Virus record (IMG/VR): IMGVR_UViG_3300025865_000006
Span: 1 to 64,000 of that record
DNA from: a virus
Direction: 5' to 3' (one strand)
DNA length: 64,000 nucleotides
The notes beneath the pieces were generated by a model that was not told where the DNA came from, made no database searches, and saw nothing but the letters and a program-made list of their open reading frames with translations. The translations under genes and the position numbers were made by a program. Positions 46,647-56,314 of this stretch are shown piece after piece (positions within the stretch are counted from its first letter, which is position 1; each line of letters begins with the position of its first letter).

Positions 46647-46909
46647 TGCAAAGAAGGTTCCCCATTGGATTCTTTACGATTTTTGGAGAGGCACTAGCAG
46701 CCAAGACCAAGGAAATGTTGGAGAATCCAAACAACACATATCAGATCAGAAAGAGTTCGACGGGAGGCAAGAAAGGTAGCTCTGCCGCCCCTAAAGATGT
46801 ATTTAATTTGGTGCAAAGGGTAACAGCCAGTGAGGCTGATCAGGTTATCCATACAGCACAGAAGTTGAAGAGAAGGAAGAAACACCGTGTCAAAAATTAC
46901 CAAGGCTAA
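46646..46909 (+). CDS. basic hypothetical protein
   Basis: TAATG overlap. Confidence 0.6.
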   Translation: MQRRFPIGFFTIFGEALAAKTKEMLENPNNTYQIRKSSTGGKKGSSAAPKDVFNLVQRVTASEADQVIHTAQKLKRRKKHRVKNYQG

Positions 46910-47183
46910 TTATAAAGCTATGACGGACACCCCCGGTAAAATCCAGTTGATTGCAGCCAACAGCATGTATGAGACTGTTATCTCTGATTCCTTGCAGTCT
47001 CTTTATAAGAGTGGTAGTAGGGTGAAGGCGCAGTTTTCCTTCAATGCAAACAAGCTTAACGTGCATCCGCTTACATACGTGTTCCTTGTTATTGGTGGGG
47101 ATATTACGGGAAGCTATTTATTGAAGCCCTCGATCACGGATATCACTGCTGTTCGTGCTCTCAATGTAGAGTGGGAGATTTAA
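46887..47183 (+). CDS. hypothetical protein
   Basis: Operon packing. Confidence 0.6.
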   Translation: MSKITKANYKAMTDTPGKIQLIAANSMYETVISDSLQSLYKSGSRVKAQFSFNANKLNVHPLTYVFLVIGGDITGSYLLKPSITDITAVRALNVEWEI

Positions 47184-47828
47184 ATGGGCTACCAGCATTG
47201 TATCTGTGGTTGTGATAGTAAGTATGAGCGGAGTCACATCGAACAGTATCTCAAAGGCTCGGATCAAATGATTGACGATGATACTGAGCGCAAGGGGTTT
47301 AAATCAGGCATTCAAAGTGCCCTTAACGAATTGGATATGATGATGCCAGCAGAAATTAAGAAGCAGCAGGAATGCCTCTGGCCGGAATTCGGATGTGCTT
47401 ACCTTCAGAAATTTTGGCCGGAGGGAGTTAAGGCTAAGGAAGAACCAATGCCTAAGGAAACAATGTGGGAGCCACAAATGCAAGAGAAAACATTAGTAGA
47501 AAAGGGATGGGAGTACGCAAAAATGTTATCAGATAGAGAGGATCAGGACCTATTCGGTATACTGGTTGGCCCTGATAGGTATAAATTTAAGGTTGAGGTT
47601 TGGAAAGGTGACTGGAATAGTTGTCCTCCCGAAGAGGAACCTATCGAGTTAAAGGTAACTCGTGCAATGAGTTGGAAGCTTAATGATTGGAATAACGATG
47701 AGAGCGGCGGTCCGGGCCTATTGTTTTCCTCTGTATTTGAGACTCCGAATGGAAAGCCTTATACCTTTAATGTTGTTATTCCTAAGGGTGATTTAATTAA
47801 GGCACTAGCAACGTTAGAGAGAGATTAA
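47184..47828 (+). CDS. hypothetical protein
   Basis: 214-aa ORF abutting upstream stop. Confidence 0.65.
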   Translation: MGYQHCICGCDSKYERSHIEQYLKGSDQMIDDDTERKGFKSGIQSALNELDMMMPAEIKKQQECLWPEFGCAYLQKFWPEGVKAKEEPMPKETMWEPQMQEKTLVEKGWEYAKMLSDREDQDLFGILVGPDRYKFKVEVWKGDWNSCPPEEEPIELKVTRAMSWKLNDWNNDESGGPGLLFSSVFETPNGKPYTFNVVIPKGDLIKALATLERD

Positions 47829-47834
47829 TGGTAC

Positions 47835-48269
47835 ATGCTCGCTATTAATGAGCAGTTAGAGATTGCCTATTTAGCAGGGTTTTTTGATGGGGAGGGCTGT
47901 ATACTTATAGCCAAAACTAAAACTAAGTTAGGTAGAGCCTCTTATGAATTAAGAATTGGTGCTACCCAAGTAGATACTAGACCGATATTGCTATTAGAAC
48001 AACAGTTTGGGGGGCTAGTTAGAAAAAGGACTTATAAAAATCAGCCGAAATGGAATGATCAGTATACGTGGAACCAAGTTTCACAAAAGGCTGCTTACAC
48101 ATTAAAATTACTACTACCATATTTGGTGGTGAAGTATGATCAGGCTGTATTTGCCCTAGAATTTGCTAATGTATGCAGTACTTATCATGCTAAAGTAAAG
48201 ACAGAAGAGGATTTAATTTGGTTCGAGGAACAAAAACGAATCCTTTCTAAGATGAAAGGAAGACTATAA
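47835..48269 (+). CDS. free-standing LAGLIDADG homing endonuclease
   Basis: YLAGFFDGEGCI; LLPYLVVKYDQA. Confidence 0.9.
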   Translation: MLAINEQLEIAYLAGFFDGEGCILIAKTKTKLGRASYELRIGATQVDTRPILLLEQQFGGLVRKRTYKNQPKWNDQYTWNQVSQKAAYTLKLLLPYLVVKYDQAVFALEFANVCSTYHAKVKTEEDLIWFEEQKRILSKMKGRL

Positions 48270-48270
48270 G

Positions 48271-49056
48271 ATGGTTACACATGTAAGCTATAGTTGGCTT
48301 CATACTTTTGCTTGTCCATATGCAAATTTCCTAAGGTATGACGGAAAATTTCGTGGGTCTACCACTAGATTCCTTGCCTTAGGAAGCGCATTACACTTGG
48401 CGTTAGAGCTATGCCATACACCTGAAAAGGACTTCAATCTAACAGGAGCAATTAAAACATTCAAGACAGAGTTTAGTCGTATTATTCAGGATGAAGAAGT
48501 ATTCATTACGTACCCTAATATGATCAAGGCCAATGCAGAAGGTGCAGAGATGCTTGGTCTGTATCAGCATGGGCTAGACACAGGAAAGATTAATCCAATC
48601 CTCATTGATGTAGAGAAAGAGTTTGCTATTCCATTTGAGGGTATTGAGATTGTGGGTAAGATCGACAAAGTTGAGGGAACGGAAGACGGTTCAGGATATA
48701 GTATCGTGGACTACAAATCAGGAAGTAAGAAGCCTGATCCTTGGTTCCTAAATCACAATCTACAGTTTACCGCTTACGCATGGGCTGGTTTGTTGTCTTA
48801 TGGGGATTTGCCACAGAAATTAGTGTGGCACCATCTACGTACAGGAGAATTACTAGAGACTACAAGAACCCTACAGGATATTGAAGAGTTAAAGCAGATG
48901 ATCCGTGACACACAACATATGCGGGAGCAGGGTATTCGTTACCGTGTCTACCACGAGCAGGTATGTGGGTGGTGTGAATTCAAGGGACCAGTCTGTGACG
49001 ATAGAGAGCTAGAGAAGAAGATTCTAAATGGCCAGAAAACTTCTACCCGCCGATGA
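48271..49056 (+). CDS. RecB/Cas4-like PD-(D/E)XK exonuclease
   Basis: SYS..CP, GSALH, GKIDK, IVDYKSG, QFTAY, CGWCEF..C. Confidence 0.88.
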   Translation: MVTHVSYSWLHTFACPYANFLRYDGKFRGSTTRFLALGSALHLALELCHTPEKDFNLTGAIKTFKTEFSRIIQDEEVFITYPNMIKANAEGAEMLGLYQHGLDTGKINPILIDVEKEFAIPFEGIEIVGKIDKVEGTEDGSGYSIVDYKSGSKKPDPWFLNHNLQFTAYAWAGLLSYGDLPQKLVWHHLRTGELLETTRTLQDIEELKQMIRDTQHMREQGIRYRVYHEQVCGWCEFKGPVCDDRELEKKILNGQKTSTRR

Positions 49057-49270
49057 GTACCAAAGGATATTAGATAGTCAGGAAGGCTATTGTGCAATTT
49101 GTAGAATGTATAGATGTGGACACCCTTTGCGCCCGGATTATGACGCAGATGCCAAAATCGTTAGAGGTCTACTTTGTGATCGCTGTTCTCGTATTATATA
49201 TACTCTGTGGGAAAGTCCTACTGTCCTGCGTCAAGCAATTGGATATCTAGAGAAGTTTGGATGTGTCTAA
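49028..49270 (+). CDS. endonuclease VII-like protein, possibly degenerate
   Basis: QEGYCAIC, VRGLLCDRC; DH replaced by DY. Confidence 0.7.
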   Translation: MARKLLPADEYQRILDSQEGYCAICRMYRCGHPLRPDYDADAKIVRGLLCDRCSRIIYTLWESPTVLRQAIGYLEKFGCV

Positions 49271-49353
49271 GATTAAGTGTAGCCATCCCCTACCTCTTAT
49301 GAAGTATGGCTACATTCGTTGGTGCGTTACATGCGGAAAGTGGTGGAACATAA

Positions 49354-49902
49354 ATGGATAATCTACCCAAGCGATTAGAGCCTTACTTTAAGATAGCCCT
49401 AAAGGAAACTGATAAGTCTCCCTGCGTAAGACGTAAGTATGCAGCGATGATTGTTTATGATTGGTATGGTGACATTGGTGACGAGGGAACTGAATGGAAT
49501 CCTTGGCATCTAGCATATAATGAGGGAGTAACTAATCAATGTAAGGATCACTGTATTCGTGATCGTTACTCGACTGTTCATGGGCAAAATATGGAACGTG
49601 GAGCAGAAATCCATGCAGAGCAAGCCGCTCTGATCAAGGCAGGAATTCACCACCTTCATTCTTATTTTCTTGTTGTAGGAATAGGTAAGGAAGGAGTGGA
49701 ATTGCTTGGTAATTATAATCTTCCTTGCCATGCTTGTGCGGTAATGTTAAAGTGGGCAGGATATACGTATATCTATCACAAGGATGAGAACGGAGCAATT
49801 AGTCCCATTTCCGTTACTGACATTATCGAGTATCGGGAAGCTGAGACAGACGCCTTGTTAAGTAACTTCACATACAGGAAAGACGCTCCAAATGACTACT
49901 AA
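49354..49902 (+). CDS. dCMP deaminase-like protein
   Basis: SPCVRR, HAEQ, PCHAC. Confidence 0.85.
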   Translation: MDNLPKRLEPYFKIALKETDKSPCVRRKYAAMIVYDWYGDIGDEGTEWNPWHLAYNEGVTNQCKDHCIRDRYSTVHGQNMERGAEIHAEQAALIKAGIHHLHSYFLVVGIGKEGVELLGNYNLPCHACAVMLKWAGYTYIYHKDENGAISPISVTDIIEYREAETDALLSNFTYRKDAPNDY

Positions 49903-50113
49903 GATGTATGAAAGTTTCTACGATTGTATGGTTGACCTAGGGAATACTTTAGGGATCAGCAAGGTAGAAGATTTGGATATAGCAATCAAGTTTATGGACC
50001 AGAATAACTTTAAAGAGATGGCTGACTACCTACGGAAACAGTCCCTTAAATTTGCTAGGCATACCAAAAAGGAGATGGAAGATGGGCCTTCGGTTACTAC
50101 ATGTCGAACTTAA
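49892..50113 (+). CDS. hypothetical protein
   Basis: Operon packing. Confidence 0.55.
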   Translation: MTTKMYESFYDCMVDLGNTLGISKVEDLDIAIKFMDQNNFKEMADYLRKQSLKFARHTKKEMEDGPSVTTCRT

Positions 50114-50534
50114 GGAAGCTAATGCCTTCGTGGAAGAGTTTCATCGTCATCATCAGCGTGTTCAGGGCCATAGATTCTCGTTGGGTGCGTATGAAGAAGA
50201 TCACCTTGTTGGAGTGGCCATTGTTGGGCGACCAGTTGGTGGGCAGCACCAAGGCGATTGGCTTGAAATCACGAGACTTTGTACTGACGGTACTCATAAC
50301 GCTTGCTCCTTTCTATACGGCGCAGCAGCACGAGCAGGCAAAGTTTTGGGGTATAAACGCATTCAGACCTATATCCTATCGGATGAGCGAGGGACATCTT
50401 TACAAGCGGCTGGCTGGAAGTTTGATCGAATGTCGCATCCGATTGGGTGGCACCATGACGGTCCTACGCGATCTGCTCGGTCCGTTGAGCAACATTTGAT
50501 GGGGCCTAAGCAACTTTGGTATCGAGATATTTGA
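50082..50534 (+). CDS. XF1762-like/Mom-like GNAT-fold protein
   Basis: EANAFV..HRHH, GVAIVGRPV, EITRLCTDG..NACSFLY, GTSLQAAGW. Confidence 0.7.
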   Translation: MGLRLLHVELKEANAFVEEFHRHHQRVQGHRFSLGAYEEDHLVGVAIVGRPVGGQHQGDWLEITRLCTDGTHNACSFLYGAAARAGKVLGYKRIQTYILSDERGTSLQAAGWKFDRMSHPIGWHHDGPTRSARSVEQHLMGPKQLWYRDI

Positions 50535-50535
50535 T

Positions 50536-51084
50536 ATGTTAGCAACACCTAAACTGGCACCGGCAACCTATGTAAAACGGTATGCTTTCATGGGACCAAT
50601 GTGTTCAGGCAAGTCCTACTGCGCCGACTATCTTGTAGAAAACTACGGGTTTTACAAGATGGGCTTTGCCAGCAAGCTAAAGGCCATCGCCTATGACCTG
50701 TACGGGATCAAGGGAAAGGACGGCGACTCCCGTAGGATACTTCAAGAGTTAGCAGACGATTTAAAAAAGTACGATAAAGATTTATTTATTAAACACCTTT
50801 TATTTCGTGCTAAGAAGGAAGAAGATATGTCTATTGTAGTAGACGATCTTCGTTTCAAACCAGAAGCCGATGCTTTACGCAATAACGGTTTCAAAATCAT
50901 AAAGGTCACTTGTGAGGACTCACTGCGGCAGGAACGCATATCCCGCCTCTACCCTACGGCCCCACAGAGCGCGCAGGAGCACCGTTCGGAACAGGAGTGG
51001 ACCAGCATACCGGCGGACTATTCACTTGTGAGCAACAACATCAATGCAACATTTGACATGATCGATATGTTGGGGCTAGAATGA
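50536..51084 (+). CDS. deoxynucleoside monophosphate kinase
   Basis: GPMCSGKS, FASKLK, RRILQ, VDDLRF..E, HRSE. Confidence 0.85.
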   Translation: MLATPKLAPATYVKRYAFMGPMCSGKSYCADYLVENYGFYKMGFASKLKAIAYDLYGIKGKDGDSRRILQELADDLKKYDKDLFIKHLLFRAKKEEDMSIVVDDLRFKPEADALRNNGFKIIKVTCEDSLRQERISRLYPTAPQSAQEHRSEQEWTSIPADYSLVSNNINATFDMIDMLGLE

Positions 51085-51713
51085 CGTACACGCGCATTGT
51101 ATTCGTTGGAAAGCGTAAGCAGACCATAGTGTGGGCGTCTAATTACTTGTATCGTCGCCACAAATTAGCGCGGTGGAGATTACTAGACGGTGTTGGTCGT
51201 ATTTTGAATTTGATCTACGGTCATATCAGATACTATAAGTATCCGTGGGAGAAAAGGTTTAATGTTTACAACGCTTTATACAAACACGATCACGAAGTTT
51301 GGGTGCAGTATCTTGAACGAAGGCTTCGGAAACTTTATAGGGGGGTTACTGTTGACGATCCTCATTATAGCAATGAAGTTAACTACCTTGCTGACAAGTT
51401 AGGGTTTGTCGTAGTTCGAATAACAGTGGACACAGATAAGAAACCCGCTATCGGTAGGGCTTTATTGGATTCCGAACCGGGTACTGTTCTGTTGCAGGAG
51501 TACTATGGGGGAGAGAAGATAGCATACAAGGTAGACTATTCTATCTCTGTATCAGATCGTAAAGGATTATACATAGCGTTAGACGACCTTATGGAAAAGT
51601 TGAAGTTAAGGAATCTTAACATGTATAATACAAAGGAAGGTTCCCAAGAGGAATCGATTTTGGAGGTTATACATGAAGAAAACGGAGATAGCGTGGGCGG
51701 CGGGCTTCTTTGA
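51081..51713 (+). CDS. dNMP kinase paralogue with degenerate P-loop
   Basis: IVFVGKRKQT; VDDPHYSNE; GFVVVRI, colinear with upstream kinase. Confidence 0.6.
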   Translation: MTYTRIVFVGKRKQTIVWASNYLYRRHKLARWRLLDGVGRILNLIYGHIRYYKYPWEKRFNVYNALYKHDHEVWVQYLERRLRKLYRGVTVDDPHYSNEVNYLADKLGFVVVRITVDTDKKPAIGRALLDSEPGTVLLQEYYGGEKIAYKVDYSISVSDRKGLYIALDDLMEKLKLRNLNMYNTKEGSQEESILEVIHEENGDSVGGGLL

Positions 51714-52077
51714 TGGAGAGGGCTGTATCTTAATCCGTAGCCACCACCACGAAAAGTACTATAGTTTAGAGATAAAGATAAGTCAAAAGAGGTTAGCACC
51801 CCTTACTTACTTCGCCAAACTATTTGGGAATGGGGGTAGTATATGGAGAAGTCCCTTAGGGGTATATCAATGGTCAGTTGAGGGCGCGAAGGCTGCCCGT
51901 ATTCTAACAATTATGTATCCATACTTTCAGATTAAGAAAGAAGAAGCAGACGTAGCATTTAAATTTAGAGAGGGTGTTCCTCCTTATCAACGATGGACGG
52001 ATAAGCAAAGACTTCTTTCGGCCTCCTTTAAACAGCAACTATCTGATATGAAAAAGGAGGCTTACGCAAATGGTTAA
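51673..52077 (+). CDS. free-standing LAGLIDADG homing endonuclease
   Basis: WAAGFFDGEGCI; YPYFQIKKEEA. Confidence 0.9.
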   Translation: MKKTEIAWAAGFFDGEGCILIRSHHHEKYYSLEIKISQKRLAPLTYFAKLFGNGGSIWRSPLGVYQWSVEGAKAARILTIMYPYFQIKKEEADVAFKFREGVPPYQRWTDKQRLLSASFKQQLSDMKKEAYANG

Positions 52078-52543
52078 GAAAAGATCGGCGCATCTTACCA
52101 GAGTTTTAATAGAGGGTATATCAAACTTTTCGCCGTTCAAGGGAGGCCGCTTATCGTATGTTAGAGAATATGATTCGCAGCCAATGATTCAAATTGATCT
52201 AGCGACGAAAATGGATATTGAAAGAGCCATAAAGATACTCTATAAACGCAGGGAATTAAGTAAGCAAGAGATACAAATGTTACGCTATGTAATGTCCGAT
52301 GGAAGATTAAGTAGAAGAGATATTTCTGCTATGATCGAGAAGGACGAGGGATTCTATGTTGACCAGCGAACAATTAGTCGAAGGCTTGAATCTGCTTACC
52401 TTAAAATATCAAGGTTCCTTGGCTTCGACTATAGCGATGGTAGAGTCTTTAAGATGGTTGCAAGAAAATTGGGGTATCCCCCACCCTACGTGTTATCTGA
52501 TGAAGAAATTGAAAAGTATCAGACTATCATGGAGCGGGTTTAA
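52070..52543 (+). CDS. sigma region-4-like HTH transcription factor
   Basis: LSKQEIQML...SRRDIS...QRTISRRLESAYLKI. Confidence 0.6.
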   Translation: MVKKRSAHLTRVLIEGISNFSPFKGGRLSYVREYDSQPMIQIDLATKMDIERAIKILYKRRELSKQEIQMLRYVMSDGRLSRRDISAMIEKDEGFYVDQRTISRRLESAYLKISRFLGFDYSDGRVFKMVARKLGYPPPYVLSDEEIEKYQTIMERV

Positions 52544-52836
52544 TGGTTAGTAAATTTACATACTCTCCCGCAGCACAGAAGGAGTTTAAAGTGTTGGGTG
52601 GTGTAAGACCATCGGGTGCCAATGCTAGAGCGCAAGAGGCCCTAGAGAGTGCGCGTAAGCCAAGAGGTAGACCGCGTAAAGTCGTAATAGAAGTCCCACG
52701 GAATGGTAGTTTAGAGTTTGAAGTATCAAACATGCTATCTCATTTTTGTGGTATACCCGGATGCGGGCCTAAGTTTCATCTAGATGACGCATCAAGAGTA
52801 ATAGAGTTAGTAAGAAAAAAACTGGAAGGTGATTAA
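52543..52836 (+). CDS. hypothetical protein with AT-hook-like KPRGRPRK
   Basis: Motif in translation. Confidence 0.6.
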   Translation: MVSKFTYSPAAQKEFKVLGGVRPSGANARAQEALESARKPRGRPRKVVIEVPRNGSLEFEVSNMLSHFCGIPGCGPKFHLDDASRVIELVRKKLEGD

Positions 52837-53050
52837 AATTAGCCGCTGCGTCGTTTGTGAAAGGCCAACATCAGGATCATTAGAATTCTGTAAGAATCAT
52901 TACAATGAGTTCAAAGAAGAAATTTTAGACAAGAAGCCTTGGGTTAAGGCCCTAAAAAATGAGGCTCAAAGAGAGCGTAGACGTAGAGATAAAGAATACA
53001 GCGATGTATCTCTCGATGCTATGCTTGAAAGCCAAACAAATAATTATTAG
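52829..53050 (+). CDS. small zinc-finger protein
   Basis: CVVC...FCKNH. Confidence 0.6.
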   Translation: MIKISRCVVCERPTSGSLEFCKNHYNEFKEEILDKKPWVKALKNEAQRERRRRDKEYSDVSLDAMLESQTNNY

Positions 53051-53153
53051 TTATGACAAATAACTTAAAGAAATATAAAACTAAAGTCAAACAAAAGGCT
53101 CTTAGAAATCATAAGGATTATAAGAGAGAGCTAAGAACTAAGAAGGATGAGTT

Positions 53154-53915
53154 ATGTCAAAATGGACAGAGAAGGAGTTAGCCGCTCTAGATGAAGTAGA
53201 AGATGCCAGTATGGCGTCCTATCATAGATTTGGCGCACTAACAGATTACAGCAAGCCTTATAATGCTTTCGAAGTAAAGCGTAGACGAGTAGTTGGGGAG
53301 TCCCCTGCTAATATAAAAGCATCCGCATATGCTATTTCCCCTGAACAACTAGCACCCGTATTCTATAATGCTAGTTTTGGTAGCTTACAAACCTTTGTAG
53401 GATTAACAATGGGCTATTGGGATTTAGAGACAACGTTTTCTAATCAGCCCCTCGTTCTATGTGGGGCGATTGCTAACCAATTTGGGGATGTACAACAGTT
53501 TTCTAAAGGTAAGGATATAACTGACGATAAAAAGTTAGTGCATGATATAGCTGCCGCTTTGGGAGAGTATGATGTTTGGGTTACTTGGAATGGGAAGCTC
53601 TTTGACGTACCTGTGTTGAATGGTAGGCTCCGTTATCATGGGTTGCAGCCTCTTCCATTAGTAAAGCATATCGATGCTATGTACTATGCTACTGGCGGAT
53701 CGATGAGAATAGGGCGCAGATCGTTACAGTCGGTAAGTGAATACTTTGATGTACCCAACAGAAAGACTCCATTGACCGTTCGTAATTGGGACAAGGCAAT
53801 GAGCGGGGATAAAGAAGCTTATAACTTAATTTTAGAGCATAATTATGCAGACGTGCTTGTAACACGCGATGTATTTAATGTACTAAAAACACAAGTCGCA
53901 AACATACATAGGTAG
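53154..53915 (+). CDS. DEDD/RNase_H_2-type 3'-5' exonuclease
   Basis: WDLET, TWNGKLFDVP, HIDA, HNYADV. Confidence 0.85.
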   Translation: MSKWTEKELAALDEVEDASMASYHRFGALTDYSKPYNAFEVKRRRVVGESPANIKASAYAISPEQLAPVFYNASFGSLQTFVGLTMGYWDLETTFSNQPLVLCGAIANQFGDVQQFSKGKDITDDKKLVHDIAAALGEYDVWVTWNGKLFDVPVLNGRLRYHGLQPLPLVKHIDAMYYATGGSMRIGRRSLQSVSEYFDVPNRKTPLTVRNWDKAMSGDKEAYNLILEHNYADVLVTRDVFNVLKTQVANIHR

Positions 53916-53920
53916 ATTAT

Positions 53921-54262
53921 ATGGAAATAGGAATAGCTATCATAGTTGTATTGGTTGTTATACTGCTTGGTGTACTCCTGGTGGAGACAAAAGAATACAG
54001 CGAGCATAAGAAAATAGTTGTGCGTTATAATGAAGCAAATTTGCAGTTTATTGCGGCCTTTGAAACTGTCAAGGGCGCAATAAATCACAACGCTGATATC
54101 CAGAAGGATGTATTGGAAAAAGTAATGGTCCTAGAGAAGGCGATGGAAGTAGTGTTCACAATACTGGACCTACACGACAAAGCACTAGGACAGAAAGTAG
54201 CAACTAATCTGAAACGGATGTTAGATGAACCGTTTCTACCGCTTAAAAAGCTAGAAGATTAA
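53921..54262 (+). CDS. membrane-anchored coiled-coil protein
   Basis: N-terminal TM helix. Confidence 0.65.
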   Translation: MEIGIAIIVVLVVILLGVLLVETKEYSEHKKIVVRYNEANLQFIAAFETVKGAINHNADIQKDVLEKVMVLEKAMEVVFTILDLHDKALGQKVATNLKRMLDEPFLPLKKLED

Positions 54263-54304
54263 AAAAAGAGAGCCGGGATCAAAACCCCGGCTCTCTTTCT
54301 GTTT
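54261..54304. terminator. bidirectional terminator between convergent gene blocks
   Basis: AAAGAGAGCCGGG-ATCAAAAC-CCCGGCTCTCTTT. Confidence 0.85.
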
Positions 54305-54560
54305 ACCTGTATTGCTCAATCCAGTCTTTTACTTTCTCGGGTGATCCCCAACATCCCTGAGGGGCTTCATTGAAAAGCCATTCAGCCCATACATACATGT
54401 TTGCTTTATTAGTCCGGTCGGCTCTGCCGAATGCCTCTACTAGTTGATTACAGAGAACTGCATAAAGAAAGTCTCCGGGGGCTCTTCCCAATTCAATATA
54501 TTCCCGTGCAGCACTCTGCATATGTTCGGGAAGGTTGCTATAATTAATATCTGTGCCCAT
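54303..54560 (-). CDS. conserved hypothetical phage protein
   Basis: PGDFLYAVLCN..AFGRAD..CWGSPEKV. Confidence 0.75.
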   Translation of the reverse strand: MGTDINYSNLPEHMQSAAREYIELGRAPGDFLYAVLCNQLVEAFGRADRTNKANMYVWAEWLFNEAPQGCWGSPEKVKDWIEQYR

Positions 54561-54778
54561 TACTCAACCTCAAATTGTTCCATGACTTTTTGCAGCAACT
54601 CATCATAGTTTCCGGCTGTTGCCTCAACAAAGAAATCATCCCTTATGTCTTTGTCTACTCCTGCCCTCTTCATGGCTCTATCACAGATGCCAAGGATGGA
54701 GAAGGCATTGCCGTTGGCCCCTACAATTTTAACCTTAATCCTTTCTCCATTTCTATCCAGTATTGGCTCCATTGTCAT
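54560..54778 (-). CDS. conserved hypothetical phage protein
   Basis: GNAFSILG...ATAGNYDELL. Confidence 0.75.
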   Translation of the reverse strand: MTMEPILDRNGERIKVKIVGANGNAFSILGICDRAMKRAGVDKDIRDDFFVEATAGNYDELLQKVMEQFEVE

Positions 54779-55028
54779 CCTCCTTGTTTAGGACTTCCTT
54801 ATAAAACACTACCATGCCATGAAGAAAATCCTCATAACAACCTGCTAGGTGAAAGTAAAGCGGACGCTGTAGAGCAGCAGCTACGATAATGTACTTCTCG
54901 TTTTCCTCTCTAATAATGGAGGTACTACAATGGTAACAAACCACTGTCAGGTCGGACTCCATTGATGGGGGTGTTGCAAAATAGATTTGGTACTTGTTGT
55001 AGTCACGATCCCCGCCATAATTATACAC
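54753..55028 (-). CDS. hypothetical protein
   Basis: Operon packing; CYHC. Confidence 0.55.
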   Translation of the reverse strand: MYNYGGDRDYNKYQIYFATPPSMESDLTVVCYHCSTSIIREENEKYIIVAAALQRPLYFHLAGCYEDFLHGMVVFYKEVLNKEDDNGANTG

Positions 55029-55187
55029 TACGCCTCCTGCGTTTTATGCGGCTTGGGCTTCCGGCTCATGCGTCGGCAGTTGCAGCGTTCACCCATCCAG
55101 ATAACGGAGCACGATCCGGTGGCACCGGACGGGTGCCACCAATGCCCACAGTTGGGGCAGCTTATTAGGTTGCGCGAGTCCATCGGA

Positions 55188-55595
55188 TCAATCCTCCTGC
55201 GTGTCCATCATGCGGCGGCCCCGCAGCCCTGCCCAAATCTCTGCAAAAGAATCTGGATTGCCTAGATCAATGTTGAAGTGACCGTTATCTCCATTGTCAC
55301 CATCGCTCTCATTAATACCAAGATAGATATCATGGCTGATCCGATGCTTATCATTCGTTACAGCCCAATACTTATCTACATTGAAGAGAAAGTCACAGGT
55401 AACTGTTCGAGGTTCAAGTCTATCAAGAGGCTCATAACCATAGTCTCCGCTCGCAGCAATCTCATCAGTCAAATCCTTGGCATAGTTGATCCCTGCCTCT
55501 ACAAAATCTGTACCGCCCCAATGACTAAAGATCACTGGGGCATCAAAATCATTTTCCTTGCTGTTAGTAAATCGAATGCTAACCCTGTCACCCAT
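55188..55595 (-). CDS. hypothetical protein
   Basis: MGDR..HWGG..DNGDNG. Confidence 0.7.
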   Translation of the reverse strand: MGDRVSIRFTNSKENDFDAPVIFSHWGGTDFVEAGINYAKDLTDEIAASGDYGYEPLDRLEPRTVTCDFLFNVDKYWAVTNDKHRISHDIYLGINESDGDNGDNGHFNIDLGNPDSFAEIWAGLRGRRMMDTQED

Positions 55596-55682
55596 TATAC
55601 TGCCTTCCGTACTTAATTCGCCAAGGACAGTAAGTTAGATGGTAAAACCACCACCCACTCTTAGTGTCACAAATACAATCCT

Positions 55683-55895
55683 TCATTCTTTAAACCATTC
55701 CGTATCATCTTCTAGATCGTCCAAAAACTCTGGATCACAAGCCCCTACCATATAGGGCTGTCCCTCAGTTTCCTCCCCCTCTTCACCTGTTTCTAGATAG
55801 GTATTATAAAATTGCTTAGCTTCTTCTAGACTTTCAGCTTGAATTAGATATCGTCGATGCCAACGCTCTGCTTGGCTAACCTTAAAGAGTGGCAT
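55683..55895 (-). CDS. acidic hypothetical protein
   Basis: GAGGA RBS; IQAESLEEAK. Confidence 0.65.
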   Translation of the reverse strand: MPLFKVSQAERWHRRYLIQAESLEEAKQFYNTYLETGEEGEETEGQPYMVGACDPEFLDDLEDDTEWFKE

Positions 55896-56102
55896 TTAAT
55901 CCTCTTTCAGAGTAATTTCCCAAATTCCTGCGCCCAAGTGCTTACCAACAATAAGCCACATGGCTCCACAGGCCAGTATTCTTCCTTGTTCAGCCAGCAT
56001 TACCTTACGATAGGTTTTAATGTCAACGACGGCTCGATAATATCGGGGCAGTCTAAAAGCGTTATCAGGTAATCGTCCATCAACAATATCAATTTGAGCC
56101 AT
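55896..56102 (-). CDS. hypothetical protein
   Basis: Operon packing. Confidence 0.6.
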   Translation of the reverse strand: MAQIDIVDGRLPDNAFRLPRYYRAVVDIKTYRKVMLAEQGRILACGAMWLIVGKHLGAGIWEITLKED

Positions 56103-56104
56103 AC

Positions 56105-56314
56105 TTACTCACTCTCTTTCTCAAACTCAAAGCGATGAAGCTCTTTTCCGTCACGATACACCGTGACATATCCTGATCCATCCCTATGAATGGTTGCGGT
56201 TGTAAACGTTCTCCATGTATTAGCCTGTGCTTCGGCCCATTCAGAACCTAGTCTATGAGTTTCCTTGATGCGGGAGCTATCGTATCCGATAGCCTTAGCG
56301 ATTGTTGCTGCCAT
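56105..56314 (-). CDS. hypothetical protein
   Basis: AGGAG RBS; TAATG overlap. Confidence 0.65.
   Translation of the reverse strand: MAATIAKAIGYDSSRIKETHRLGSEWAEAQANTWRTFTTATIHRDGSGYVTVYRDGKELHRFEFEKESE

Noticed and set aside
48271-49056. Cas4-like gene as part of a CRISPR system
   Set aside because: No array or other cas genes; solo RecB/Cas4-like nucleases are common in phages
47835-52077. LAGLIDADG genes as group I intron or intein cargo
   Set aside because: Both abut or overlap intact neighbours, leaving no room for an intron core, and show no intein termini
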